Below, piece by piece: positions 38,985 through 52,053 of a stretch of DNA of 64,000 nt (its first letter is position 1; every line of letters starts with the position of its first letter). The position numbers were made by a program, and so were the translations under genes. The notes under the pieces were generated by a model that saw only the letters and a program-made list of their open reading frames with translations, did not search any database and was not told the DNA's origin. The stretch is from Glaucostegus cemiculus (taxonomy: Eukaryota). The DNA lies in contig CDPCPM010000028.1 of NCBI GenBank assembly GCA_976551045.1, positions 13,764,001 to 13,828,000 of the forward strand, read 5' to 3'.

Positions 38985-39960
38985 ATGAAAAGTGCAGACC
39001 GCAGCACCCGACACTATACATGGACTTTCTCATCCTCAACAAAGCCTCATAATCAATGAGGATTTTGGAACAAGAAATCTGTCTACATCTTACATTGGCT
39101 CTATGATACCATGATACTAACCAACAGATCCATAACAGAGCTATTCTCAGTGAAAACAGGTGTTAGGTAAGACTGTGACACTGCCCCAACACTTTTCTCA
39201 ATCCTACTCAAGGCAATGTTGTACTTCATCTCCATCAAGCTTCCTACAGCAGTGAAGTTAACCTTCAGAACTAATGGTAAACTGTTTAACCTACGATGAC
39301 TACACTCCAAACCAAGGCAACTCACAGAAGTTGCATTTATACACAATTTGAGATTGAATTCCATGCCATCACCAACACCGCACTCAATATCTGCATGACA
39401 GAAGTCCTCTACCAACCCTTCTCCTGTACACTGCCTCTAGCGATCAAGGCTCAGGGTCAGACCTTGGAAAGGGTCTGCCAATTTTCACATCTCAGTGAAG
39501 ACAGACATTGTTGACAAAATTAACTGCCTTCAATGTGCCAGCACAGCCTTTGGTCAATACAAAAAAAGAATATTTGAAGATCAATGCCTCAGACCGACAT
39601 AAAATGCATGGTCCACCTGTAACAGTGATCCCTTTCCTCCTGTATACTTCTGAAAATTCTGGACTATCTACACCAGACACCTCAAAGCATTGGGAAAATA
39701 CTACCAATACTGTCTATACAAAAGTCTCCAAATTCACTGGACAGATAAAGTCAGTGTCCTCTCCCAGTCTAACATCCTGAGCAGGGAGGCCTTAGCTACA
39801 CTCAATACACTATGCTGGGCAGAGCCCATCAACTTCACACCCCACACCAGACCAAAACAGCTCTTGGGATGATATTGACAACCTTGGGGCCGTTCATCAG
39901 GAGCACACAGAAGCTTTGTGCAAGCAACAGGAGTAATGTGGCACCTCAAAAATGACATGT
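38985..39960 (+). mobile_element. degenerate RTE (BovB-like) LINE RT fragment
   Basis: LYD..ILTN..FSVKTGVR..APTLFSI, FRTNGKLFNLR.L, HTRPKQLL. Confidence 0.65.
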
Positions 39961-40261
39961 CCACTCATCCTGTTCAAAGATCAAAGTTACCTGGCAGGGC
40001 AGATGAGCTTCCTCCAGACTGGACCAAGTTCAATGTCATCACCAGGCTAATGTTGCCCAGTATTACAAAACCCAAGATGAATCAGGCAAGACAGGAAAAT
40101 AGCAACGTTATCTATAAAGGTGAATCAATTTGGATCATTGTGTCCACCAGCATTGATAGCAAACTACTTTGCAAAATGTGATAATATTTTGCAGTATTTA
40201 TTATGATACTTGGTCCAATTTTTGATGAATATTGATGGTACAACTCTGAGTCTGCTGTCAT

Positions 40262-40345
40262 TATTGGTATTAGTTTATTATTGTCTCTTGTACTGAGGTA
40301 CAGTGAAAAACTCGTCTTGCATAACCAATCGTTCAGGTCAATTCC
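40262..40345 (-). mobile_element. Rex1 3'UTR tip
   Basis: ATTGGTATT.GTTTATTATTGTC..GTACAGTGAAAAACT, as at 60353 and 15870. Confidence 0.7.
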
Positions 40346-41039
40346 TACACTGAAATTGAAAGCAACTTCAGGATTTCTGTGCATTCACTGCTTAATGCAG
40401 AAATCCCACAGTGGCTGTCAGAGATTAAAAACACCTCCCACAGACTGCTGGGTTGCAGCCCTCTCCATTGGATTGGTGGATTAAGACAAATGCTTTAAAT
40501 TAATGTATTTAGGAATAGTCTGACTGTAAAATACAACGAAAATCATACACTTTGTTGCACAATGTTCAAGTCCATTTATAAAGTGTGCCAAGAAATTATT
40601 ACTGCTCAGTAAACTCTGAGCCCAAGACAGAATCAAATTTTATGTAGACTGTGATTACTGCAAATATTGAACAGACTGAAGTAATATTACATTAACCATT
40701 AGTATATTCTCCAGTTTAAGAAAAAACTATTACTTGGTAAATTGAGCAAGAATTGCATTTTCTCCTTCTGGTTTGCTGCCCAAGAATTCCTCACTGTCAC
40801 TGGCTTCGCCACCCTCTGGATGCAACTGCTGCTGGAATTCAGAGACTCAGTGGAATTCATTGTAATCTCAGGATAAAGGGGTCAGCCGCTGAAGATCAAG
40901 ATAGAGAGAAACTTCTTCAACACTGTGAACCTTAACAATTCTCCACCCTAGAGAGGCCTGAGTAACAGCCATCTTCAAAGTAGAGTTAATTAATTTTCAG
41001 ATAATATGGAAATCAGACGTTAAGGTGTCAGAGTGATAG

Positions 41040-41610
41040 AGACATGGCATGAAAATAGCCCCTTCAACCTACTGAGTCCACACCAACCATCAAACGCCCA
41101 TTTACATTAATCCTGCTTTAGCTCTTTTTTTTTAAATTCTCCCTACATTCTCAACAATTATCCCCATATTCCACGATTCACCTACATACTAAGGGCCATT
41201 TACAGTGGCCAATTCACCAAACAACCTGCACATATTTGGGATGTGGGAGGAAAACATGTGGTCACAGGGAGAACATGCAAGTTCCACACAAACACCCAAG
41301 GTGAGGATAGAATAATTTTTTTTTATTTACAGCGGGGTAACGGGCCCTTTCGGCCCTCAGAGTCCGTGCCGCCCATTTTTAACCCCCAAATTAACCTACC
41401 CGTACAACTTTCAGAATGTGGGAGGAAACTGGAGCACCCGGGGGAAACCCACGCAGACACGGGAGAACGTACAAACTCCTTACAGACAGCGACGGGAATC
41501 GAACCCCGATCGCTGGTGCTGTAACAGCGTCGCGCTAACCACTACACTATCGTGCCGCCCTGGGTCTTTGGTGCTACGAGGCAGCAGCTTTACTTGCTGT
41601 GCCATTGTGG
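41040..41610 (-). mobile_element. old SINE with a young CR1-tailed V-SINE-like element (41311-41560) inserted in its B-box
   Basis: Host GGATAGAA|..CCTGGGTC is split; the insert matches 4525-4765 and 59530-59768. Confidence 0.8.
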
Positions 41611-41949
41611 AGAAGATATGGACAGAAGGTGCAAATGAGGTCAAACTTCACAAAAGCTATGATTTTAATCAACAACAGAATAGGGTTAAGTAATCACATA
41701 GGCAACAATTGATCTCGTTTCTCTTCTTTGATCCCATACCCGACATCAACACATTAAGAAAGGAATGTCATTCCACAGAAATGCATGAATCTTTATGAGG
41801 AGCCTTCAAGATCAGCTGCAGTATCATTGCTTTGTTCTTGACCTGACTTCATATTCAGTAGTAACAACATACATTCAGGTACTGCTATAACAGACCTGCG
41901 GAGATCTTGACAGGTTAGATGTGGGATGGGCACAGGACCGTGATAGATC

Positions 41950-42245
41950 TTTTTTCCCCCCTCTCTCTCCTTACCTGTGACCCACCCCCCGGTGGATCTG
42001 CTCTCCCCTCCTCCCCCACACCTGCCCATCACTGTTTCTTACCTGCATCTACCTATCCCCACCCTGTGCCCACCCCACCTCCCCTCGTGTCCACCTATCA
42101 CTGCTCTGCTTTTCCCTCCTATATACTGGGCTTCCCCTTTTCCTATCTTCAGTTCTGAAGAAGGGTCCTGACCTAAGACATTGACCGTCTGCTTTTCCCC
42201 ACGGATGCTGCCTGGCCTGCTGAGTTCCTCCAGCATCATCGTGTC
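41950..42245 (+). repeat. Penelope pseudo-LTR-derived element
   Basis: C-rich tract, CAGTTCTGAAGAAGGGTCCTGACC, CACGGATGCTGCCTGGCCTGCTGAGTTCCTCCAGCA; homologous to 21050-21450. Confidence 0.7.
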
Positions 42246-45200
42246 TCCTCTCTCTCCCTCTCCCCCCAAACCCCTCTCTCCCCTTCCCTCTCCGTACTAT
42301 TCATGACTATCGGATCCCTCACAACCTCCTGTTGCAGGGAGAACAACCCAAGCTTTACTGTAGAAAACACCGGCTCATTGTGTTTCCTCACAGCATAGGG
42401 GTATCTCCCATGGAAATTTGTCATAATCCAATATGATCAGCCCAAATCCTTAGCTGACATAATCAAGAATACACTTTATGTTAATTACAAATATAACACT
42501 ATCAACTGTTGATTCAAACATTCAAAAGTTGGACCTACAGCAAATCACTGGGTCAGCATCTCCACTGAAATGATAAAGGACAACTTTTCCAAACATTGTT
42601 TCAACACAAGTGCAGCTCCTGTACTTTGAGCCTCAGACCAAGGTCTTCTTGGCAATCCATTCACAGAGGCCAGCGTTTCTTGTCTATCATTGCCAATTGG
42701 AATGAGGTGGATTGAAGATAATTCAGGAGCTTGTTACGCATCTAGCTCATTGGTCCCTCCAGAGCCAGGTACAACCTGGACCAGATATGGGAGGCAGTTT
42801 TTCTTCCTGCAAGGTCATTAGTGAACTAGATGGGTTCTATTAATGACCATCCTGCAATTTCATGATCACTTTTGCTGCTGACAGCTTCCTGTTCCAAATT
42901 CTCTTCAATTAATTGAATTTAAATTCCCTAGATGGCACTGGCAGGAGGTTCAAATGAGTGTGTTCAATAATCCACTCATTCTGTTACCATTAAAAAAATA
43001 CTCTTGCCTTATTTACAAAGAATGACAGGGACATTTCTGACAATCAGTTTATTGCTGAAAGAAGCAAACTATATTGATGGGAATATGACTAATTACAATT
43101 TCAATCATTTTTATAAATGCTCTTAAAAAATTAGATCCATATGTCTGAGTGCATTTGCCATAGAATTGCATTTTAAAAACTTGATACAAATCTATTTGTA
43201 CAACATTAAGAATTACAACTATAATAACCATACAGCTCAGGCAGATAAAACAAATTTTGTGCATGCAATACTTGGTTTAATTGAGATAAATTAAATGTAA
43301 ATATCATGCAAGATCCCAACTTATAATTATTATGGAAAATACTTGGTCGCAAGTCCTTTGGTTTGCTGCTGTTAGTACGCTACACTGAAAATTTGACCTA
43401 AGAAATATATTTCTGTTCCTGAAGGTTTTGCATTAAGAAAACTACAGCTGTGATAATTTAAAAGTCTTCCTTTAATTGGGGTACAAAAATTGCAAGTCAA
43501 GCAATGTTACATCCAGTCAGATGTGGAATTCTGAATTTTAATTAAACATGCTGACCCAGAATAATTCTGGTGCAGTGTCAAACCTTCTTCAGTCAAAATG
43601 TCTCCGTTCATGATACAAATGCCTTCTTAGCATCAAGAGTTTGAGTGTTTGCAGTGCTGGAGCAGGTGGTCAGTGTTTCAACAGGTTTTGTAGCAAAATA
43701 ATATGCAATCAATCAAAATTTGTTTAGCCAGAGGAATTAGTATCAGCCTTAAAGTACTACCTTAAAAAATACTGATCCAATCCAGCTGGCCAGTCTTCTC
43801 ACCTTGATCTTGATTTGCTTCTTAACAAATTGGTCTGTTTGTGTGTCAATTCCAAGGGATGAAAGACCAGCATAAATTTGGTGGGAATAAGCGGTTAAAA
43901 ATTTCACGTGAAATTAAAATTGTTGGGTTGCCTTCTCTCAAAGTAACATACAGACATCTGGGGTATATAGGACACTGACACCAATCTCTCTGGAAGCTCA
44001 TGAGTACCTATTGTCATTAAAAAAAGAACTCTTGCCTTACTTACAAAGGGTGACAGGGTTATTTCTGATAATCAATTTATTGCTTAAAGGAACAAACTAT
44101 ACTGATTGAAATTGTAATTAGACATCTAAGTATAACCATAAGAAAATCAAATAGTCAATGATTGTCTGGCTATAGAGTTGTTGGGACAATATGCAAAATT
44201 CAATGCACTTTACCAGAATTGATTAACTGGATTAACTAAATAAACCTGCCTAGAGAGATTTTCATGATTCATGAGGATCAGAGAATAGTTTAACCAAGTT
44301 TTATCTTGTTTACTCACTTCTCAGTGGATCAAGTAAATTGAGTATTCCATGAAAATGCAAGCTGAAGTGGGCTGCCTGAAAGATTTAAATCAGTGTGCTT
44401 TTTTTTTAAAACTCCACACATTATGTGCACACAATGTTATTCTTTGGCAATGTTTGACATTGACTTGAAGGACAAAGAATAATAAGCAATCCTAGCAAAA
44501 GTGTTATCAGATTGATAAAAACCTTGGTTAAAGTGGCTGAAAATAATTGAACTGTTTTTCTCCATTATATGCATAGCTTGCAAACCTCGATGAATACTAT
44601 TCTTAATAATATTGTTTCCTTCCAGTACTTGGCATATTTTAACAATTACAGTAATAGACCCAATTACAGAATTTATCATTCTGAAAGTAATACTTTAATT
44701 TTTTTTCATTTCATTTTTTAAATTTGAAAGCACCGGTTCTCAAAGTAATAGAAATATTCTATATTAAGGCCCATGTTCCTATTACATTGTACTTAATTTG
44801 TTCCAGCAGAGCCAATGTACTTTTTTTAACCATTAAAGACTTTGTATAAATTTAGCCAACTTTACCTTAGGACCACCAGCTGATAATAGAGTAATCATAC
44901 GTGAATTAACTTCATCTACTTGGTTTCATATGCAATGGGCATGCCCAGTTGTACATCTAATTAAAAAAGCTGTACTCTATCAAAAAGCTGCATTTTTCTC
45001 AACTTCCTTCTTATTTTATCCATGAGCTTGTTCTGCAGATATATCTAAGTGTGTATGGATTCAGAAGTCCCTGAAAGCACTAATAAATATGGCGAGAACA
45101 GATGGTCACAAATCTCACATGGAATCAATACTGCTGTGCAGCTATTTCTCTAAGTCACGGTACAGATGTCCAAGGTATATGGGTTGCTGACGCTAAGCTC

Positions 45201-45479
45201 TCAGGAAACTGACCAAGTTCTTAAACCTCCCACCACTATTAAAAAGACAGTATATACTTCATCTATTTACCCTTAAAGGAGCAAATCACATTGATTCACA
45301 AATTCTCTTCCAAAATTTCCACAGCCCTCCAAACAGATCTCTGATACTCGAAACACAGAATTAGCCATGATCTTTGCAAATGGCAAGTCAGGGTCAGGGG
45401 GCTGATTCTATCTTAGACTTTGATGCCCAGGGTTTTTTTTTTACAGTGATCTTGTGCGGCAGTCAGTTAAGGGGAAGTC

Positions 45480-46085
45480 GGGAGAACACACACCAGTCCT
45501 CACCAAGGAGTCAGCGGTGGAGAGGGTGAGCAACTTCAAGTTCCTGGGTATCAACATCTCAGAGGATCCATCCCGGGCCCAACACTGACGCAATCACGAA
45601 GGCAGCACGCCAATGGCTCTACTTTGTTAGGAGCTTGAGGAGATTTGGTATGTCACCAAAGACTCTTGCAAATTTCTACAGATGTACGGTGGAGAGCATC
45701 CCAAATGATTGCGTCACAGCCTGCTACAGAGCCTCCAATGCACAGGATTGCAGGAGGCTGCCGAGGGTTGTAGACTCAGCCAGCTCTATCAGGGGCACAA
45801 CCCTCCCCACCATCGAGGACATCTTCAAGAGGCCGTGCCTCAAGAAGGCAACATCCATCATTAAGGACCCTCACCATCCAGGACATGCCCTCTTCTTGTT
45901 ACTAACATCAGGGAGGAGGTACATTGCCATCAGATTTCTGTATGATCCATGAACACTATCTCATTATTCTTTTCTTTGGACTATTTACTTACTGTTATAA
46001 TTTTTAGATTTTACGTCTTTGCACTGCACTGCTGCCACAAAACAACAAATTTCATGTCATATGTCAGTGATAAAAAATCTAATTC
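45480..46085 (+). mobile_element. Rex1/Babar LINE 3' part
   Basis: VERVSNFKFLG, FYRCTVES, IIKDPHHPGHALF..SGRRY. Confidence 0.85.
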
Positions 46086-46749
46086 TAGGTAGTTTTGAAC
46101 TGGAATTAAATCCATTGTCAGTTTCTCGTTCACAGCACAGGCTTCCAAGTGAATTCTAACAGTGTTGAGTAAATTAAGCACGGTTCAGAGAGCTGGACCT
46201 TATCTGTTTGCAAGCAAAGTACCAGAGCATGTGGGGCCACCAGAAGCCCTTAGGTCAAGTTGTAACTCAGTGTTGTTGTCTTAAGTCACTTGAAATAAAT
46301 AAGCACGGTGCATGCACAGCCAAGCCAACGGTTATGTACAAACCAACACTAAGAACATATGCTTCTCTGCTGAGTAAATTTTGTTTCCTACCTACTCCCC
46401 ACAGCCTTTCAATGTATTTTGCTATTTCATTCATTGTTCCCACCTATACAGGAAAGTACCCTGAAGTCACATGGTCTGGTACTTACCTTTTACACCGTTC
46501 CTTTAGTGCCACCCATTATACTGCCTGGGAGATCTGGCAATGGAAAAAGGCAGCAGCTAGAAAGAATCTTGGTTAACACAGATGGCATGATCTTTCAATT
46601 CTTATCCCCCTCTTGCTAGGGTTAGATCAAATGATAGATTAGTTCTTCCATTCCATTTTTTCATTGATAAAGTCTTCTGCCGGTTAATTGACTGGAAACA
46701 ACTTAACCAATTGGAAGCAAAAGGCCAAGCCCCTCAACTTGGAGAAACA

Positions 46750-48471
46750 TAGAAACATAGAAAAACTACAGCTCAATTCAGGCCCTTCGGCCCACAAAGC
46801 TGTGCTGAGCGCATCTCTACACTAGAAATGACTCAGCTTACCCGTAGCCCTCTATGCCAGGTTGCTGTGGGAGGTGAGGGAGGAGATTGCGGAGCCTCTG
46901 ACGATGATCTTTGCGTCGTCGATGGAGACGGGAGAGGTTCCAGTAGATTGGAGGGTTGCGGATGTTGTGCCATTATTCAAGAAGGGGAATAGGGATAGCC
47001 CGGGGAATTACAGACCGGTGAGTCTTACCTCGGTGGTGGGTAAGCTGCTGGAGAGGATCCTGAGAGGCAGGATTTATGACCACTTGGAGAAGTATGGCAT
47101 GATTAGAAATAGTCAGCATGGTTTTGTCAAGGGCAGGTCCTGTCTGATGAGTCTTATAGAATTTTTTGAAGAAGTGACCAAGCATGTCGATGAAGGGAGA
47201 TTGGTAGATGTAGTGTATATGGATTTTAGCAAGGCTTTTGATAAGATGCCCCATGCGAGGCTTATGGAGAAGGTGAGGAGACACGGGATCCAGGGGGGGC
47301 ATTGTGGTGTGGATTCAGAATTGGCTGCCCACAGAAGGCAAAGAGTGGTTGTGGAAGGGTCATATTCTGAGTGGAGGTCGGTGACCTCTGGTGTACCTCA
47401 GGGATCTGTGCTGGGACCCTTGCTGTTTGTCATCTTTATAAATGACCTGGATGAGGAAGTGGAGGGGTGGGTTAGTAAGTTTGCTGATGACACGAAGGTT
47501 GGGGGAGTTGTGGATAGTTTGGAGGGCTGTCAGAGGTTACAGAGGGACATAGATAGGATGCAGAGTTGGGCTGAGAGATGACAGATGCAGTTCAACCCAG
47601 ATAAATGTGAAGTGGTTCATTTTGGTAGGTCGAATAGGTTGGCAGAATATAGAATTAATGGTAAGACTCTTGGCAGTGTGGAGGATCAGAGGGATCTTGG
47701 GGTCCGAGTCCATAGGACGCTCAAGGCAGCTGTGCAGGTTGACTCTGTGGTTAGGAAGGCGGAAGGTGTATTGCCCTTCATCGGTCGAGGGATTGAATTT
47801 AGGAGTAGGGAGGTAATGCTTCAGTTGTATAGGTCCCTGGTCAGACCCCACCTGGAGTATTGTGTTCAGTTCTGGTCGCCTCACTACAGGAAGGACGTGG
47901 AAGCTATAGAAAGGGTGCAGAGGAGGTTTACGAGGATGCTGCCTGGAATGAGGAGCATGCCTTATGAAAGCAGGTTGCGGGAACTCGGCCTTTTCTCTTT
48001 GGAGAGAAGGAGGATGAGGGGGGACCTGATTGAGGCGTATAAGATGTTGAGAGGTATGGATAGGGTAGATAGTCAGAGGCTTTTCCCCAGGGCTGAAATG
48101 GTGGCCACAAGAGGACATAGGTTTAAGGTGCTGGGGGGGAAGATATAGGGGAGATGTCAGGGGTAAGTGTTTTACTCAGAGAGGGGTGAGTGTGTGGAAT
48201 GGGCTGCCGGAGATGGTGGTGGAGGCGGATACGTTAGGGTCTTTCAAGAGGCTGTTGGATAGGTACATGGAGGTAAATAAGATAGAAGGTTATGGGTAAG
48301 CCCAATAGTGTGGGGACATGTTCGGCACAGCTTTGTGGGCCGAAGGGCCTGAATTGTGCTGTAGGTATCTATATTCTATTTTACTCAGCTCCATGTACCT
48401 ATCTAACAGCCTCTTGAAAGACCCCATCGTATCTGCCTCCACCACTGTTTCTGGCAGCCCATTCCACGCAC
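46750..48471. mobile_element. young + CR1 (46856-48378, RT with few lesions) nested inside a short - CR1 3' end with TSD GAGAAACA
   Basis: [37 protein letters not shown]. The host tail GCCCTCTA|TTTTACTCAGC is split. TSD at 46742-46749 and 48472-48479. Confidence 0.92.
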
Positions 48472-50479
48472 GAGAAACAAACTTTGCACACTGATTTCTA
48501 CAGGGAGGTATATTGTAACTGTCATACTGTATGATCATCCTGGTTAAAAAATGCATGTTCTTTTTTTCTTGCCTGCTCTGCATTTTATTTGATTTGTATT
48601 GCACTTATCCTTTCTGTTTCACAAGTCTGGAACACAAACATCGAGTGGCAGCAAGGGATTTCTCCAATGCTGCCTTCATACTATGCCTATATCTCTGGGG
48701 TAAGAAGTGCAATATAATGCTTGCAGCAGTGAACAGTGATTTTGATGTAATTTATCAATGGCTGCCTTGCCCATCATCTTGATTGTTTCATAAAGACTTA
48801 TTCTTAAAGAGCTAAATCTCTGCCATTTTATTTTTAGCAAGTGGAAAGAGCCGGCTTGAGTCAGCTCATTCCAGACTGAAAGAATCTCATCAGCAGGGAG
48901 GTTGTTGAAATCTGTGCCCTACTTTCAACCTGTTTCAATTGCCCATATAACCTTTTCACCCCAAATCAAAGTACTGTTCTAACCAAGAAAACACAAACCA
49001 CAGTACGAGCTGCATGAAACGCTTTGGTTTTGTGCCTTCCTCCGAAAGATTCAGAGGGCATCTGATGGCTCAATAATCATTAGTCCTTGTAATCTGATCC
49101 CAAGTCTTTGCCAAGTTAGGCAATCTTAACCTGGATTGTGGTTAAATCAATAAAGTCAATCTTGTTGTTAAACGGGTGAAAAGACTGCTATTCTTCGTCG
49201 CTGCAATTCTCGTTGGAAGTGCACACCTCTGGTTAACAGAGTAGTGAAATGGAACCAGCTAGAATGAGCTTACGACAGAAAATTGCTGCAAACACCAAGA
49301 CACTAAAGACAACTTGGATTTGTACACTATCTGAAGGCAATAAGGTAAAAAGGAAAAAAAAAATTGCAAAAACAATGACAAAATAACAATGGCTAGTATG
49401 GCAAAAAGCAATATTGGGCTAAGATTCAACTTAAGACACAGTGACTGTTTACACTTGAAATCTCAGCAGATGAAAAGGCAGTGCTGTAAACTTCAACCTT
49501 GTGTGTCAAAGCAAAGAGACGAAGATTACACAAAAGCAAAAGTTGAAAAAAAGGACAATTACTACTAGCCGTATTGGTCTAAAGGGTTCAGTAACAATTT
49601 CCATTTGTATAGCACCTTCAACATGGCTTCAAGCTGCTTCATACTGCAAGGTCCAGTGACAAAACACTTGGTTAAACAGGTCAAGTTAAAGGCTCACTTT
49701 AAAGGATGAGAAAAGTATCAAGGTGGAAGATTTTTATGTTTATATACTCTAAGACAGAGATAGAATAAGCTAAAAATATATTGTTGGATTGTTGCTTTGC
49801 AATGTTTCTTGCAAACCAAAATGTCCCATGCTTGGGAAGCTCTTGATCCATTTTACTTAAAAATTTAAGAAACAACAAAGGAAAGACAGAAGCAAGTAGG
49901 ATTCTTTGTTTTAAAAAACAGGAGCTGTCAGTCTGGTCCAGCAAGGGCAATAACAAGGCCAGAATGCAGGTTATTAGCTTCAAAATATGTTGTACTATCA
50001 AGGAAAACAAGCTATTGATGCTAATAGCCAGGATGCTTTCATTACTCGTTCTTACATGTGGAGAAAATTGAAATGCATTGGTCAAGCCAGAAGCAAATCC
50101 TCATTGTATTTTCATATACACTACTCCTGCCTAGTATCTGAAAATTTCCTAGTGCAATATGCTCAGGCAGTTAATGTTAAATAAGATGCAAGCCAGTAAA
50201 ATAAGGTACAAGCCTAAAGTTCTAAGTTGTTTTGACTGCAGTCTTCACATTAAAGCCAGTTAGAGACCAGTTGTTTCTGTGCACATACTCAAAATAATTT
50301 TCAATTCCATTTTACAATTCATACCATCTTATTTTAATTATTTTTAATAATCTTTTGAGTATTCTGCATCCAAGGCTATGAAATCCTTGTCACAACATAA
50401 AACTCAATGGACCATGAAAATTTAATATAAAAGTCAGAGGCCAATTAAAAGTCAGTGGGTTATATTATGAAACAGGGGT

Positions 50480-50622
50480 AACAACTCAAGTCAAAGATGC
50501 AGTTCTAAGAAAGAGCCTTCGATGTGAAATAGTAACCTGGCTTCTCTTTCCACAGATGCTGCCTGACTTGCTGAGTTTTTCCAATATTTTCTGGTTTTGT
50601 TCCAGTTTTCCAGCATCTGCAG
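50480..50622 (+). repeat. Penelope-terminus-derived repeat
   Basis: CCACAGATGCTGCCTGACTTGCTGAG..TTCCAGCATCTGCAG. Confidence 0.6.
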
Positions 50623-51049
50623 TTATCGTTAATAAGGATTACTGTAACATTGAGTGGCCTGGAGAAGGTAGAACACAAATCATGCTATCATTAATTACAT
50701 ATATTCAACTTATTCCCTCTGACAGTTCAGTGTTGAAAGTGGAACTGAGTTACATAGATCAGAAAGATTCTAGGTTTCTACTCATCTGAGCTGGATTAGC
50801 AAATCCCTGACATTGAAGAGGAATATGTACTATTACTTATTTCTGTGCAGCTACACAGAAGAAAGAAAGATCAGCTGGAGTTTGCTTTTGCATTTCGTTT
50901 TAGCCTTGTCATAAGTTCACTGGTTTTGGCAGAACAGACCTCTGCTGAGATGTTTCCCATCATTAAACAACCAAGCAACAACCTCAACCAGAACAGAGGA
51001 CATAATCACAAATAACAGACAGGCTGGGGCTCCTCTCCAAGAAGACACA

Positions 51050-51420
51050 CTTGCTTTAGTATCACATCTGGCATGCCCCAAAGCTCTTCACAGCCAATTA
51101 TGTACTTTAGACGAGCAGTATTGTTGAAATGTGCCAGCAACTTTGGTACAGCAGAATCCCAGGAACAGCAATATGATAATGACCGATTACTTTTAAAATG
51201 TTCACTGTGGCAGTGACTGGGGTAGTGACGCTGGGAATAACGATCTACTGTTCTTCAAAACACAATCACAGACTTTTATGTCCATCTGGTGGAAACATAA
51301 GACATTTTAATCACAGCTGAAAATAGCACCTCTGACTGTGTAACGCTCCTGTTGTGGTGCGATAAAACAGGGGCTTGAATTTTTGAGTTCAAATCTGCAG
51401 CAACTTGAACCTAGCAAGTT
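51050..51420 (-). mobile_element. ancient DeuSINE (SacSINE1/AmnSINE1-like)
   Basis: CCCAAAGC..ACAGCCAAT, AACAGCAATATGATAATGACC, CTTTTATGTCCATCTG, GCACCTCTGACTGTG, ACTTGAACC blocks in the order I recall for the consensus. Confidence 0.6.
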
Positions 51421-52053
51421 AGGAATCTGAACTGAAGTTGCTTCAGTAGAGAAGCTGAAAGATAACCTCATTAAGATTTTTAATTTTCATTGGAGTGATC
51501 TAGAAAACATTCAGGGAATGTTTCAATTTGTGAGAATTTCAAAAGCATAGGGGCCACGTGAATGAGAGTGTCACTAAAAAAAAATTAAGAAACAGCTGAG
51601 GTAAATAGATGCATTAGGGAGAAGGCAGATAAGTATGAGGGAATAAAGGCACAGTAATGGATTTCTAGATACAGTTATATAAGAAACTGGCACACATTAT
51701 TACCTAATCAGCAGAATAACTAACCAAATTCCCAAGAGCCAGAATTGTTGTACATGAAAGATTAGCAAAATTTGGAAGGATTAATGGCTGAATCCATCAT
51801 TAGTACTTACTTAGGTTCATCGTATGTAATGTAATGGGAACTCAAAAGAATTTAAGTGTAAATTAACTCTCACATGCTGATGAAAGAAAAACAGTTCTAA
51901 TCTTTCATGAGCCTGGAACCAGGCACACAGTCCAAGAATCAGAAAAGCAGATTTGTTTGAAACAAGGACAACAGTAATGTTACACAAGCAATTTGAACAA
52001 ATTTCAGCGTGAGCCCTACATTTTTTTTTCCTACCAAGATGGGATATTTTGCA

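Noticed and set aside
46862-48148. RT ORFs as a retron, DGR or other prokaryote-type RT system
   Set aside because: They are CR1 ORF2 fragments with a stop and frameshifts in a vertebrate intron. No CRISPR array, operon or accessory genes anywhere in the window.
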